NCBI GenBank assembly: GCA_025558095.1
Contig: JAIVFI010000034.1
Span: 310,001 to 374,000, forward strand
From: Hyaloraphidium curvatum SAG 235-1
Taxonomy: Eukaryota > Fungi > Monoblepharomycota
Reading direction: 5' to 3'
Length of the DNA: 64,000 nt
The notes under the pieces were generated by a model. It was given only the letters and a program-made list of their open reading frames with translations, was not told where the DNA came from and made no database searches. The position numbers were made by a program, and so were the translations under genes. Shown here piece after piece: positions 19,090-32,232 of the stretch (within the stretch, counting starts at the first letter, position 1; the number at the start of each line of letters is the position of its first letter).

Positions 19090-21054
19090 ATGTCCAAGTC
19101 CGAGAAGCCGAAGGCCCCGGAGGCCGGCCTGCTCTTCCCCAAGGACCCGCGGAAGGGCGATGAGCGCGGCTCGACGTACGGCAACAAGAACGCTTGGGCC
19201 GCCGCCGTCGGCGCCATCTCCAAGGAGGACGCCGAGAAGGTCCTGAGGGAGAAGGAATGGCGGAAGAAGTACACAAAGTGCGTGATCTCGCCCCGCGCAC
19301 GCGTGCCCCCGCGAGTGCGCGCTCCGGAACGGACTGCTCACCGGCCGGCGCCGCCGACAGGTACGTTGTCAAGATGGTCGAGCTCAGCGCCGGAAGCTAC
19401 GACAAGGTACGTGTTCTCGGTGTCATCGAGCCTCCTCTCATCTACGATTGATCGCTGAAACTCCTCGCCTACCTCCGCACAGGCTCTGTCGTCGGCCAAG
19501 GCCGGCCTCGACTACTGCTACAAGAACTTTGAATTCGGGCGCGACGGGGCCGTGCTGCCCTTCGGCGAGGCGATGGACAAGTTCCAGGACCGCATCTTCA
19601 AGACAGGCCACGTCAAGGGCACGGCCCCCAAGCCCACGTCGGCCGTCAAGGTGGGATTGGACGGGTGTCCTCGTGCGGCATTACCCCTCACACCCTCCCT
19701 TGCCAGGTTCCGTACAAGGGTGTGGAGCTTAGCGGAGACGCGCTGCTGAAGCAGCTGGACGAGTGGTGCAACTACGGCACCATCGAGCCGTCCTGCCGGG
19801 ACGCGATCGCCGCCGCGGTCAAGAACCCTGGCTGGTCCGTCATCGAGCGCGATGATATGTGATCTGCCTTCTGATCTTGGCGAACCTCACACAGGCTCGA
19901 CCTCTCCGACTCTTACTTTGTCCTCCTCGGAGCCGGCTCGGCCATGGGCCCGTTCCCGCTCCTGATGGCGCTTGGTGCCAACATCATTGCCATCGATCTG
20001 GACCGCCCGGGCATCTGGAAGCGGCTGATCTCGGTCGCCAAGAGCTCGCCCGGCTCCATCACCTTCCCCATGAAGGTCGACCAGGCGGGCCTGACGGACG
20101 ACGAGATCGCGGAGAAGGCCGGCTGCAACCTTTTCACCGAGACCCCCGAAATCCGCAACGTGGGTCTCCGTTGGTGCCGTGCCCGCGCGGTCCCTGACAC
20201 CGCATCCGTCGCAGTGGCTCGTGGATCTCTACCCGGGCAAGCAGTTCTACACCGGCGCCTACGCGTACCTGGACGGCGAGCTCCACGTCAAGGTGTCCCT
20301 GGCCATGGACGCCATCATCCGCGACCTCAACTCCAAGAGGAAGGCCGGTGCCGCCTACCTCTGCACCCCCACCGACGCCCACTTTTGCGGCAAGGAGGCC
20401 CACGATGCCGCCGAGGAGAACTACAACTCGAGCATGGTGTCCACCGTCTTCAAGCCGTTCCTGACCAAGAACGCCCGCAAGCCCATCACCACCGACGACG
20501 GCAAGCAGGTCTACATTTGCGATGCCCTGGTCAACGCCCAGGGTCCGAACTATGCTCTGGCGAAGCGGATCCAGCACTGGAGGGCCGTCGTCGCGCGCGA
20601 GGTGTGTCCCACCGGCTTTTGTCCGCGCATGCCTTGCTTGACCCCCCATTTCCAGGTTGACGGCTGCATTGTTTCGTCCAACATTGCCCCGTCGACGTCG
20701 ACCGTCTCGGTGACGCACAACAAGATGTTCGCCTGGGCCTATGGCGGCATGCCCACGTTCAAGCCCATGGAGATCTTTGCCCCCGAGACCTCCAACGCCG
20801 TCATGGCAGCGCTCCTCATCCACGACATTCGCAACCCCGAGTCGGTTTCGAACCCGAAGAACAAGCTGTCGAACCCGCTCGAGCTCTTCCAGTACGGCAG
20901 CTTCCACGGCGGGCCCTGGAGGACGGCCTTCACCCTGGACTCCATCGGCGCACCCAGTGCCATCATCTACCTCCTCGGCCAGCCCCAAGTCCAGCTCGGT
21001 CTCGGCCTCTGGTTGGCTTGGGTCGGCTTCTTGATCTCCAGCCTCCCGAAGTGA
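19090..21054 (+). CDS. Conserved uncharacterised protein with Rossmann-like segment
   Basis: Multi-exon with strong codon bias; VPYKG, WCNYGTIEPS, FVLLGAGSAMGP, YAYLDGELHV, QGPNYALAKRIQHWRA, NIAPSTST, FHGGPWR. Confidence 0.8.
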
Positions 21055-21464
21055 AGTTCAGGCGGCGATCTTCCTGGCTCGAGTGGGAACTGCGCGAAAC
21101 TACCATCCATGGCGTGTACTCAGTGAAGTGAATTTAGAGACTGTCTTGTGGGCTTACAAATCGGTGGAGTTTTGGAGGGCACGGACAAAAAACGAGCCGT
21201 CGTTGACTGACTCAAAGCGCCACCGCGCCACCCCCGGACTCGAAAACTCCGTTCGCCGGACGTGGTCGGCTCCCGCTTGATCGTCCCTTCCTTTTCCCGG
21301 TTCTGCAGCCCCGGATTCGGAGGCTCCGCGCCTGCCAGACGCCGCGGACTCGTGCCCATTCCTCCCTTCGTTGTTCCGGCTCCGCATTCCGGACTCATAC
21401 GGCCCGGTTGCCACACCGACCGACTCCTACTCATTTCTCACTCTTCCTGGATTCTCGAGCTGCC

Positions 21465-22268
21465 ATGCCTGCAGACGTCGTTGCCGTCGAGGAGGAGCCC
21501 GTGACCGCCGCCCGGCTCACCAAGCTCCTCGCCGTCGACGTTGCGGGAGCCGCCGTTACTGCCGTTTCCGTCGCGCCCATTATTGCGATCATGGACAAAA
21601 GCATTATCGCGTCAGCTTCCGGGAGGGAGCCTCTGGCTGCCGGGGTCGTCAACGGTTTCAAGCAGCTCTTCACCCAGCCGTTGTATTTCGTGCGGCAGCC
21701 GTTCTTCCGCTGGATCGTCTTCGTGTACTCGGGCACCTACATCATTGCAAACTCGGTGCACACCTCGTGCGATCTGCTGAAGCGGGACTGGCAGTTCCCC
21801 AAGTTCGTGGGGTCGTCCTTTGCGAACGTCTCGCTTTCGATCTTGAAGGATCGCGCGTTCACGAGGATGCTGGGGACCGTGGCGGCGAAGCCCCTGCCCA
21901 CCGCCTCCTACATTCTCTTTACCACTCGCGATTGCATGACGATCGCAGCGTCTTTCAACTTCCCGCCGTACGTTTCCTCGGTTCTCCAGGCGCGGACCGG
22001 ACTCTCGGCCGCCAGCGCAGAGTTCTGGGCCCAGCTCGTCTCGCCCTGCGCGATGCAATTCGCGTCAGCCCCTCTTCATCTCGCGGCGCTCGACATGTAC
22101 AACAATCCGGGGAAGACGTTTGCGGAGCGTGTTTCCTTCATCCGGTCGAACTACCTGGGAACGTCATTGGCTCGCGTGGGTCGCATCCTCCCCGCGTTTG
22201 GCATCGGCGGGAACGTGAACAAGGCCGTGAGGAAGGCGGGTCGCAAGATGCTGCACGTTTCTTCGTGA
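21465..22268 (+). CDS. Sideroflexin/mitochondrial-carrier-like membrane protein
   Basis: VAPIIAIMDKSI, VYSGTYIIAN, KDRAF, RDCMTIAASF, PLHLAALDMYN, RILPAFGIGG. Confidence 0.7.
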   Translation: MPADVVAVEEEPVTAARLTKLLAVDVAGAAVTAVSVAPIIAIMDKSIIASASGREPLAAGVVNGFKQLFTQPLYFVRQPFFRWIVFVYSGTYIIANSVHTSCDLLKRDWQFPKFVGSSFANVSLSILKDRAFTRMLGTVAAKPLPTASYILFTTRDCMTIAASFNFPPYVSSVLQARTGLSAASAEFWAQLVSPCAMQFASAPLHLAALDMYNNPGKTFAERVSFIRSNYLGTSLARVGRILPAFGIGGNVNKAVRKAGRKMLHVSS

Positions 22269-22383
22269 ACTGCAGCGCTGGGGACAGACTTCGATCATGG
22301 CGAGAGTTTAGAGTTTCTGAAGACGACACAGAGATCGCAGACAAAGAAAAGGTGGAGATGAGACATATCCTGTACAAGATACA

Positions 22384-23558
22384 TCAGAGCTTCGATACAA
22401 CGTCCTCCTCTTCCACATTGACCCCTGCGCGAACGCTCCTGTCCGAGGCGTCGAACTTGGTTTTGCGCCGGATAACGGGGAGGATAACGCTCTGCCGGCC
22501 GACACACACCACGTTGCCCGTCACCGGATCCCAGATCGTGATGGAAAACAGACCAGTCCCGGATGTCGGCGACGCTAGCTCAATCTCGCTCCGGGCGAGT
22601 ACGTGTGTGACGCCGGGAGTGATGGGGTGGGGGTAGTGAACTTGCAAGCTGAGGGTGCTCCAGCCGATCGCGAGGATTTCTTCGTCCGGTGCATCCTTGC
22701 CGGCCGCCTCCCGTGCCAGTCTCCGGTACGCCTCCCCGACGGACACGTGAAGATTCGGAGGCAGTACGCCGTCCGACCAGTAAGTGAGCGACAGCGCATC
22801 GTGCGCCTGCTCGTTGGCGAACGAAACCCAAGACAGCGCAGGCATATCCATCAGGCCCCCGTCGATCGGAAGCTTGGTTCTCTGCTCAGCGCATGAATAT
22901 CTCCGGAAGGCGGGGAGTGCATCTTGTCAACCCACCCGATTCACAAAGTAGCTGAATCGAGGATCGGAAAGGATAACGCTCAAGGGTCGAAGACGACCTC
23001 CTGGGCGGAACCTCGGTCGACCCTTCATGTACACCTCGGAGAACTCAACGCAGGCATCCGGCGGAATCATCTCAGGCATCCGCATCTGCTCGATTGAAAG
23101 CTGCGGCCCAAAATCCACAACTGCAGCGGGAACGCCCGGAGCCTTGACCGCTTCGCCGATGCAAAACGTCGCCACCAAGGCGATCTCGTTCTTCCCGTTG
23201 ACAGTTGTGGATTGAGCAAAGGCGAACCGCTTCCCGTGCCGGAGGACGCGCGCCGTCACCGAAATCAAGCCGTCCCTCGGGTGCGCCGGAGCCAGGTACT
23301 GCGAGGTCACGCTCAGCGGATGCTGCAGGTTGGGCTTCACTTTCGCCGTTTCCTTTAGCACGGCGTTGAGGTTTAATGCAAGGAGCCATCCTCCATGCGC
23401 GGCCCCAATCCCGTTGCTCCACACACTATCGGAGAAGTGTGAGCCTACGCCAGGGAGGATTCGTCACAGGGAACGCACGGGGGAACTGCCGCCCGGTACG
23501 TGCCCGGCTCGATCTCCTCCAATTGAGACATGGACTCAGCAAAAGTCACGTCGTCCAT
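22384..23558 (-). CDS. Hotdog-fold acyl-CoA thioesterase family protein
   Basis: WSNGIGAAHGGW, HPLSVTSQYLAP, VLRHGKRF, YWSDGVLPP, WSTLSLQVHY, IWDP; introns. Confidence 0.8.
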
Positions 23559-23692
23559 CGAAGCGGTTTGAGCGCTCATCGCGCTTTCGCGTTGTGGTGG
23601 GCTCAATAATCGCGTCTCAAAGTGTGACTTTGCGGGGAAACTAAACGGAAAGAGGGGCGACTTCGTTCCGTCTCCGAGCAGAGCTGCGCCAA

Positions 23693-25572
23693 ATGAAGGA
23701 CATTCCGGAGCTCGTTCTTTTGCTTCTCCTCGACTCGCCCTTTCTCCGCCCTTCGTCCGCCGTTTCGCTCCTGCACGCGTCTCCGGCACTATGGCGCCTC
23801 TCTACGGCCGCGGACGCTCCGGACGGCTCGGGCCGCAGGCCCGCTTCCGGGCCGCCTCTACCCGCGAACGACGACGACGGTGACCGTCTCTGGCGGCGAA
23901 TGCTGGTCGAGCATTTCCCTTTCTGGTGAGCACGCAGCCGATGCCCTACTCGGTGCGTTCCTTGTTTTGGAAGGATCTCATCCTTACTGTTCGATCCAGG
24001 GTCTACGACGGCCAGTGTGAAGGCCACGTTCGCTGTCCGGCTCAGCATATCCCTGTTTCTATGGACGCGTTCAAATCCCGGCACCGGCTGCCGTCCTCGC
24101 CGCGCCTGGCTTTCCTTCGCATCGTGCGCGGAGGTATCTCGCTGGTCTGCCAGGTCATAAACTCGGAGACCCCGCTGGAGCGCATGCAGAGCGTTTGCTT
24201 TGGGCTCGTCACTTTCCAGCCTTACGTGCCGCCGCCGGAAAAGAGTCCCGGATTGGAGGAAGCTGGCCCGTCGTCATCGGCGGCTGGACCCTTGTACACC
24301 CCATCCTCGTCAACGAACCACCGGCCGCCCGCGGATCCAAGCGCAGCACCGGCTGCCGCGCCGCCTTCCGCGCCGCCGTGGCACGAGGACGATTCCTGGC
24401 TCGCAAACTACGACCCGGCGTTTATTGCGCGGTCGGGTTACCATCCGGTCAAGGTGGCGCTCCCGGCATCTTCGCGGCCCTCGCCTCCTCAGAACCCGCG
24501 CAACAAGTTTGAGCTCGCGCCGTTGCACGAGCCGTTCACCGTCGTGACGGCCGCGGTTCAATTCCGCCGGGTTCCCGAGGAGTTCATTCTGTCGGGCTGG
24601 GACCCGCGCGAGCTGTGGTTCCGCGAGATTTGGGATCGCCGCGCGAAGTTCGGCGCCACGGTGGACGACGGGCCAAGGAGCGACCGCGGAAGCCACGTTA
24701 CGATTCCCGGAACAATCGAACCCACCGAAGCGGACGCCCCCTTGCCCACGCCACCGGCGAGCCTGCAGGTGCCCGCCTCGGGCTCTTCTTCAGCGGCCCC
24801 GGAATCCAACGCCTCGCAGACGCCGGAGCCCGACCCGTTCATCTACGAGCCGGGAACGCCCATCGAAGTGCAGTGGTTCCAGCCCTCGCTCTTCTTGCGG
24901 CGCAACGACCAGCTCGATTTCTGGCACGGCCGCGTCCTGGAGCACAACCCGGTGACCCACGCCATCGTGATCGACTTCCCCCAGTACAGGCTGAACAACG
25001 ACATTTACCGGCGCGTCGTGGCCGACGATCGCGGCATGCTGCGGGAGGGCGTGGCCGGCATGTGCGGCGGCATCCGCGAGGTCCGGTGCGTGAGGGAGAG
25101 GTGGAAGTGGGCAAAGAACTTTGTCCTCCTCGAGTCGGGCGGCGGTGCGCTGCCGGAAGGGATGGCCGAGTGGGACGTGCAGGGGCCGGACGACGATGAC
25201 GACGAGATCGACGAAGGTGGCTGGCTTCAGGCGGCGATGGATGGCCCCATGGGCGCGCTCGAGATGCAGGCCGGCGCGGCGGCCGAGGCCTTTGTCAACC
25301 TCTTCAACGCAAATCAGGGCGGAAACGACGGCGAGGACCAGATGATGGGCTTCATCGAGCAGCTGCAGGCTCAAATCGGGGCCGCGGTCCAGCAGGTGCA
25401 AACGCAGATTGGGTTTGCCGCGCAGCAAGCGCAGGCCCAGCTCGGCATAGCTTTGCAGGCACAGCAGCAGGCACCGGATCCTGTGGCGCAGGCAGCTGCC
25501 CAGGGCGGAGCGGCCGACCCTGTTGAAGACGAGGTTGAGGACCAGATGCAGGACTCGGATGACAGCGATTGA
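23693..25572 (+). CDS. F-box protein with Tudor/Agenet-like C-terminal domain
   Basis: N-terminal F-box-like DIPELVLLLLL...LWRR; PGTPIEVQW..FWHGRV..IVIDFPQY..GMCGGIRE; intron ~23926-23999. Confidence 0.6.
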
Positions 25573-25723
25573 CGTGCTCGGCGCGTGCGGGGGATGCAAC
25601 AGCTAGCTTTTGGAAATCTCCAGTTTTGCCTATTCAATCTCTTGAGGAAGATACAATGGGTGGCAATGGTATTGTAGCGATGCGTGCCTGGTATCGGTGT
25701 TCGTGTCCACTACGGGATGAGGC

Positions 25724-26964
25724 CTAATACCTCAGCCTCGCGGGCGGCTTCTTAGGGGCCGAGCCAAACTTGGACGTGATCGAAGTGAGGTTGCCGTTCG
25801 CAATCTGCCCCAGGTCCGCGCCGTTTAGGATCGACGTGAGGTCGTACCCGAGCGCCTCCGCCACCTGCGTGGCCAGCGACAGGATGTTCGTCCCCGGGGG
25901 AATGGTGAGACCGAGGTCCGAGGCCTTGCTTATCAGGTAATCCTGCAGCTGCGCCGGGTCGTCCGGTATCTCGGACGGGTCCACGCCCAGGCTGCCGAGC
26001 ACCTCCTCGGCCGTCTTCACCAGGCTCTCGCCGATGCTGTTGGCGGGGCAGTCCACGTCCTGCGACCCCGAGATGGGGAAGCGGGCAAAGGTGAAGAGCT
26101 TGAGGACGATGGTGGCGGTCCAGTTGATGCGGATCTTGCCGCTGCCGCCCGAGGTGGCGATGTTGCAGTCCTGGAGGAGGGAGGAGATGACGGGGTCCGT
26201 CAGGTTGTTGGCGGTGTAGTTGACATTGAAGGGGATGGCAAGGGAAGTGGTCGACTCGGGCGCAAAATAAATGTCCGGGAGCCGCCCGCCGGCGACCTTG
26301 ACCCGGCGGCCGGTGCCCGAGGGCGTGTAGAAGCCCTCCGTCTCGATCGAGTCGAGCGGGATCCCGATCTTCATCTGGCTCGTCACGTTGATCCGGATGA
26401 TGACGGGCACCTCGACTTTGTACGGGTAGACGGCCTGCAGCGTCGCCGCGCCTCCGACTTCGACGCCCGATACGGTCACGGTGGGCGGGATGCCGCGCGG
26501 CCAGCAGAAGTACAGGGCGACGCCCACGCCGGCCAGCACCGCGAGCCAGATGAAGAGGCACATCCACTTGGCCCACGTCGCATAGATGCAGCAGCAGCAG
26601 CTGTTTGGAAGCCGGGCGGCCGGGGTCAGCGGGGAAGACCAGGGCTTGCCGGTGCGGGCACGCACCATTTCGGCTTGCAGCAGGGACCGCAGCACTTCGG
26701 CTCCGGCTCCTCGTACACTGGCATCGCGGCCATCTCCATGCGCACCGAGTCATCGTAGGTCTGCTTCCATGCTTGTTGGGCAGATGGAAGCGGCTGCGGA
26801 GGAAGCAGCGGCGTAGGGCTCGGGACGGCCGAGCCCGGCACGGAGTAGTAGCCGGGGTCCAGCTGCGACATTTGCTGCGGCCCGGCGTAGGAGGAGGTGC
26901 CTTGCTGGCGGTAGGTGGGGTATGCCGGCTTTGGCGGGCCCTCTTGCCAGTAAGGCGCGCTCAT
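25724..26964 (-). CDS. Single-pass LEA_2/NHL-type membrane protein
   Basis: Pro/Tyr/Gln-rich N-terminus, Cys cluster, TM helix ending FCWPRGIPP, beta-rich domain; one intron. Confidence 0.7.
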
Positions 26965-27553
26965 CGCGGGGGGTGTTTGCCGGCTCAGCAATAAACAAGT
27001 CGACTTTCCCCGGCCGGGCAGGCCGCTGCGGCCGCTGGCGGTGCTCGGGACGAGTCAGAAGACTGCGATGCGCTGCTTTCGTGCGCCGTGGGCCGGGAGC
27101 TATGTATGGAGAGTGGGCGGCGGAGCGATGAGGCGCTTCCGCCCCTGCGGCGACCATGCGCTGTGCTCTCGCCAAATCCGGCACGCGATGCAATGCACCC
27201 AGCAACTTCCCCAATCGGACGAGGCGACGGTGCAGTTAGAACGGGATGATGCCGAAATAGAATTCATGAATTGGATTTCTGGCTCTTCCCCGGCGAAGAG
27301 GACGGTGCGGCTTGCAGAGTTCCCGGAGGGTGATCGACCGCCGTCCCCGCGGGCAGGACGACCGCGAGCGGCCTCGAGCACCCAGGAGGACGGTGTACCG
27401 CTAGACATGCTCCAGTGCACCTGTCCCCGCTGCTTCTAACTGCCTGGTGCGGGAGGAGCGGCCGCCGCCCCGATCGCGACGCCGCCCCTGCGGAGTGAGG
27501 AACAACAAAAGTCCCACGACTGAACCGCGCAGCATTTAGCACTTGCCGCCGCG

Positions 27554-28530
27554 ATGGTCAAGCGCCCGCGATCGTCGTCGCCGCAGCCCGCGGGCCCCAC
27601 GTCCGCGTTCCCGCTGCGCGCGCTGGCCGCGCTGCCTGCGCTGCACGTGCTCTCGGCGGAGGTGCCGGGCCCCGACGCGCCGCGGCCGCCCGGCGCGGTC
27701 ACAGCGCACCACGCCGAGCACGGCGCGGCGGTGCGGTTCCACCCGGCGTCGCCCGCGCCCGCGGTGGTGCCCGACGGCGCGCGCGGCTCGCTGTACGTCG
27801 CCGAGTCGGAGCTCATCTTCTGGCTGCCCGGCGAGGGCCGCGGGCTCGCCGTGCCCTACCGCGCGATCGCGATCCACGCAATCTCGCGCGGCGCTGAGGG
27901 CGGCGAGGGCAGGGACCCCGAGCCGCCGTGCGTGTACGTGCAGGTCACGTCGGGCGAGGTGGTCGACGCGGACGGCAAGCTGCTGGCGCGCGGGGGCGCG
28001 AACGGCCACGGCGAGGAGAAGGAGGAGGGCGCAGAGGCCGCGGAGGACGCCGAGGAGGAGGAGAAGGACCCGCGGTACGACGACGACGAGGACGAGATGC
28101 TCGAGATCAGGTTCATCCCGCAGGACGCCTCGGCCCGTGGGTTCCCCCCCCCTTGCCTTGCCTCATCCTACACTCACCGTACCCGCGTGTTCTTGCAGTC
28201 GACCCGATCTTCCTCTCCCTCTCCATCTGCGCCGAGCTGCACCCCGACCAGAACTCGGACGGCGACGACGCGCCGTTCCCCGTCTTCGGCGGCTCCGACG
28301 CCGACGCCTCGGCCGGCGCCGCCATGGCGCGGCTCATGGCCGCCGGCGGCGCGCTGGGGCAGCCGGGCGGGCCGTCGCTGGGGGAGCTGCTGGGCCCGGG
28401 GTGGATCACTGCAGACAGCATGGCGGCGATGGAGGACGAGGAGGGCGGGGAGGGCGATGAGGGCGATGGAGAGGATCCGGAGGGGCGGTACGAGGACGCC
28501 GAGGAGGCGGACGAGAAAAAGGACGAATGA
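27554..28530 (+). CDS. pICln/Lot5 methylosome subunit (Voldacs domain)
   Basis: GSLYVAESELIFW, GLAVPYRAIAIHAISR, PCVYVQ, EIRFIP|VDPIFLSLSICAELHPD, acidic tail. Confidence 0.88.
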
Positions 28531-28638
28531 TGATGGCGAATAAATCACATGCGCGACAGACTCCCCAGGGGGTACATTGAACGAGCCGATCGATCCGACC
28601 AAGACCACGCTATTCCTTCCCTCTCTCCCTCCCTCCGA

Positions 28639-30196
28639 CTAGGCCCGAGCCGTGCCGTCCGAGTCCGAGTCCCTCTTTGCCGCCGGGTCCATGTTGTCGA
28701 GCTCCAGCGCGCTCGGGCTGCCCGTGGCCGTCGCCGCGTCGTCCTCGTCCTCCTCCAGCAGCTTGACGCTAAAGGATTGGGGAAGAGTCGACAGCGGGTC
28801 AGCTGCAACTCCGAGCCAGTGACAGCACGAAAACTCACTAGGGGCTCTTGTTCTCGATGTAGGACGGGTAGTAGGCTCCCTCGGGGTCCGACGACGCCTT
28901 GCGGCCCCCCAGGCGCGGCAGCACGCCTCCCAGCACCCTCTCCCTCGCCAGGTCCTTCTGCGCGGCCCTGCGCCTCCGTTCCACGCGGCGCCAGCAGTAC
29001 ATGGCGCACAGCGCGATGCAGAAGGCCCCGATTAGGGATCCGATCACGATGCCTGCGATGGCGCCCGCCGAGAGGCCGGCCGGAGGCGGGGGCGGGTCCG
29101 AGATGGTGCCCGAATCGGGATCGTAAACGCCCTTGGGCACCGCCACGGACATCATGACCCACGCCTCGACGGTGGTCGCCAGCTCGGGCTGCGGGACCTG
29201 CAGCTCGATCCCCTCGGCCTGGCGCGCGGCCAGCCTGCGCGCGCGCGCGGAACCGGCCTCGAAGAAGCGCACGCGCGCGCGGACGGAGACGTTGAACCGC
29301 GATGTGCCGCCCATCTCCCACGGCTCGAGCCAGGCGCCGCGGAGCATGGTCGACATGGTCGGCCGGACATTGACCATCGTCACCGGCCCGTCCTCCATGT
29401 CGGTGATGCGCAGCAACGAGCGGCGGCCGAGGGTGCGCAGGAAGCCGGGGGTCGAAAAGCCGCCGGGGGATTCGCCGAGCAGCTCGGTGGCGTAGGGCGC
29501 GGTGGTCGGGCGGGGCGAGGCGTCGGGCCCGATCTTGGCCACCGAGACCGAGATGATGCGGACCTCCTCGATCGGCGGGTTGCCCGACGACGGTGAGAAG
29601 CGCAGGGCGATGGTGGGGCGGTCGCCGAAGGCGTACTGCTGGCGGTCGACCTCGGTGGTGACGGAGATGAAGGGCACGGTGACGGGCACGGCGCACGGGT
29701 TGGCGCCGGCGGCGGCGGCGGTGGCCGACAGCAGCACCGATTGCGGCAGGCCCGAGCAGTCCGCCTGGGCGAAGTTGAGCGCCTCTGGCGGCGACAGCCG
29801 CGAGATTTCCACGTCCTCGGAGCGCACGCAGGCGGTGCGGAATGAGAAGGCCCACGGCCCGCCGATCTCGCACGAGCCTGCGCCGGCCAGCGGCAGCACC
29901 AGCGCGCCCGAGTGGAAGCACTGCGTCGCGCCCTCGTTGAGCCCGCCGTCGGGCACGCACACGGTCGGGCGGCGGCTCTCCTGCGCGGGCGCCGCCGCCG
30001 CCAGCGCGCCCGGCGGCGTCAGCTTCTCCAGCGACAGCGCGACGGGGAAGAGCGACCGCACGCGGTACTCGACGGTGACGGTGCGGCGCGACGGGTCGTA
30101 CAGCAGCGCCGTGACGTTGAGCGTCGAGATTCCCGACAGGCGCGACAGCCGGTCCCCGCCATCCTGCCGCCGGGACAGCGCGCCGGAGTCCGCCAT
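28639..30196 (-). CDS. Single-pass type I membrane protein of unknown function
   Basis: GLSAGAIAGIVIGSLIGAFCIALCAMYCWRR TM with basic stop-transfer; Cys-containing ectodomain; 3' intron; start uncertain. Confidence 0.6.
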
Positions 30197-30380
30197 CGCC
30201 CCAAAGGCACCGGAGTGTCGAGGTCGGCGCTCACGGGAACCCAGGAGCGGGGCACAGTCGGGGCGAACGCGATGACCGCCGCAGCCCAAAACCGGCTGCG
30301 GGCCGGGGCGGTGCACATCGAAGGGACCTCATCCTTCCCCGTCCTGGACACCATCAAACGCAATCGATCCATCAACCACG

Positions 30381-31484
30381 CTACGAGGCGCCCCGCACGC
30401 GCACGTACACGAACCGCCGCACCCCCGCCGCGTCGCGCCACGCCTCGGCCGACCGCACAGCCGGCATCGCCTCCGCGGCCCCGATCAGCACGTTCGCCTG
30501 CGCATCACCGTCCGTCTCCATCACCAGGCTGTTGGGCGCGCCGTCGCCCGGCCGCAGCAGCATGGGGGCCAGCTCGAGCAGCCGCAGGTGGAACCGCGTC
30601 CCCTGCGGGTCATCGCACGCCTTCCCAGCGGACGCAAGGGCGAGGCGAGACTCCCAGTCCCGCACGCTAGCATCCAGCGTCGGGATGCGGTCCGCGGGAA
30701 TGTAGGGCGGGTTGGACACGATAGCATCCGCCGATCCGGCCAGGTGCGACATGGCAGCGTCGTCAAAGAGGTCCATCTGGGCGAACGAGACCGGCAGAGG
30801 GGCCCGGCACGCGAGCACGCCATCCATCCGCAGATCGTCGTGCAGCCGCTGGTTGAACCTCGCGAGCCTGACGGCGGCGGGCAGCACGTCGAAGCCCAGC
30901 ACGCGGAAGGGCGGTTCCGCTTCACGCAGGCCCGCCCCTACGCCAACCGCCCCAGTTCCCTGCACCAGCCTGTGCGCGATGCCCAGCGCCGCGCAGCCCG
31001 AGCCCGTGCACGCATCCAGGACCGCCAGCGTCCCGCCGTCCCGCATCCGGTCCCCCAGTGCCGGCAGCAGCACCTCCTGCACCGCCCTCTCGCACAACTC
31101 CTCGGTCTCCCACCGCGGGATCAGCACCGGCGGCCTCGCGGCGACCGGCACGCCCATAAACGGCACCCACTGCAGGATGTACTGCAGGGGTTTGGCGCGG
31201 ACAACTCGCGAGCGAACGGCCGCCGCGAGCCACGCGGCCTCGCGGGGCTCGAGGAACGCCTCGGCGCGCGTCCAGCTTGAAATTTCGGGCACGCGCAGCG
31301 CGGGATGCGAGGAGGAGAGGCCGTACCGCGCCAGCCTCGCGCGGAGGGGTAGTTTCGCGGCGGGGGCGACCGTCCCGTCTCGCGGGAACAGCGCGAGGAC
31401 GTGCTCAACGAGCCACCGCCGCTCGGCCGATGGGAGACGCGTCCACAGCGCGGCAATGTCGGACGCCGGGTGCGATGCGGCCAT
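30381..31484 (-). CDS. MTQ1: HemK/PrmC release-factor glutamine methyltransferase
   Basis: PLQYIL, VLIPRWETEEL, LDACTGSG, IVSNPPYI. Confidence 0.9.
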   Translation of the reverse strand: MAASHPASDIAALWTRLPSAERRWLVEHVLALFPRDGTVAPAAKLPLRARLARYGLSSSHPALRVPEISSWTRAEAFLEPREAAWLAAAVRSRVVRAKPLQYILQWVPFMGVPVAARPPVLIPRWETEELCERAVQEVLLPALGDRMRDGGTLAVLDACTGSGCAALGIAHRLVQGTGAVGVGAGLREAEPPFRVLGFDVLPAAVRLARFNQRLHDDLRMDGVLACRAPLPVSFAQMDLFDDAAMSHLAGSADAIVSNPPYIPADRIPTLDASVRDWESRLALASAGKACDDPQGTRFHLRLLELAPMLLRPGDGAPNSLVMETDGDAQANVLIGAAEAMPAVRSAEAWRDAAGVRRFVYVRVRGAS

Positions 31485-31554
31485 GGGGAGGCTTTGGGTT
31501 GCACCTCCTTCCGATCAATCACTTCCCGGGTGGGATGACTCTATTGCGGCCGTG

Positions 31555-32232
31555 TCACGGCTCGCCCCTCGCGAGGGAAATCACCCTGACGTCCACTCCC
31601 GCAGACGCGACCGTCCGCTCGAGATCAGCCCACCGGAGCCCCACGGTTTGCGCGTTGTCACTTGGATGGACCCACAGCCTCCCTTCGCAGGCCACCAGCG
31701 CGTCCTCGGCCACGAACGCGATCGGCTGCCCGTCGGGGCGGCGGTTCAGCAGCGCCAAGGGCGTCACGGCACCCTGGGGCACCGAAAGCTCCTGCAAGAG
31801 AATGTCCTCCGAGGCGAAGCGCAGGCTGGCGCTCGCTGGGAGACCGAGCGCCTTCTGCAGGGCTTTGAGGTCCACGGAGCGCTCCCCGCCCACGGAGACG
31901 AGGTACAGTTGGCCTTTCTTGTCCTTTAGGAACAGGTTCTTGACGCTGGACGCGTGCGTGCCGTGAAACGTCCAATGAGCCCAATCGAATCGTCCGACGC
32001 GTCCAAGAGGTCCAGGCGAGGCAAGAGCAAATGAATGAGTCCGATGCACGTCCATGGAGCTGCAATCGGGCATTCCTCACACAATGTCACCCTCCTCAAG
32101 GTGGGATGCGAGAACCGGCAGCATCGCGTCCATGGTGAAGACCGGCTCGTGCGAGGCATGGGCAAAGTCAATCCCGAGCGACTTTAATCGTTCTAGATTG
32201 GATTCCGCAAGAGAAGGCGGCGAGTCGGGCAT
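31555..32232 (-). CDS. YbaK/ProX prolyl-tRNA editing domain protein
   Basis: HEPVFTM, KNLFLKDKKG, LRFASE, GAVTPLALLN, HPSDN; one intron. Confidence 0.88.

Noticed and set aside
27540-31500. Very GC-rich stretch as a horizontally acquired island
   Set aside because: It contains ordinary eukaryotic genes (pICln with a normal intron, MTQ1).
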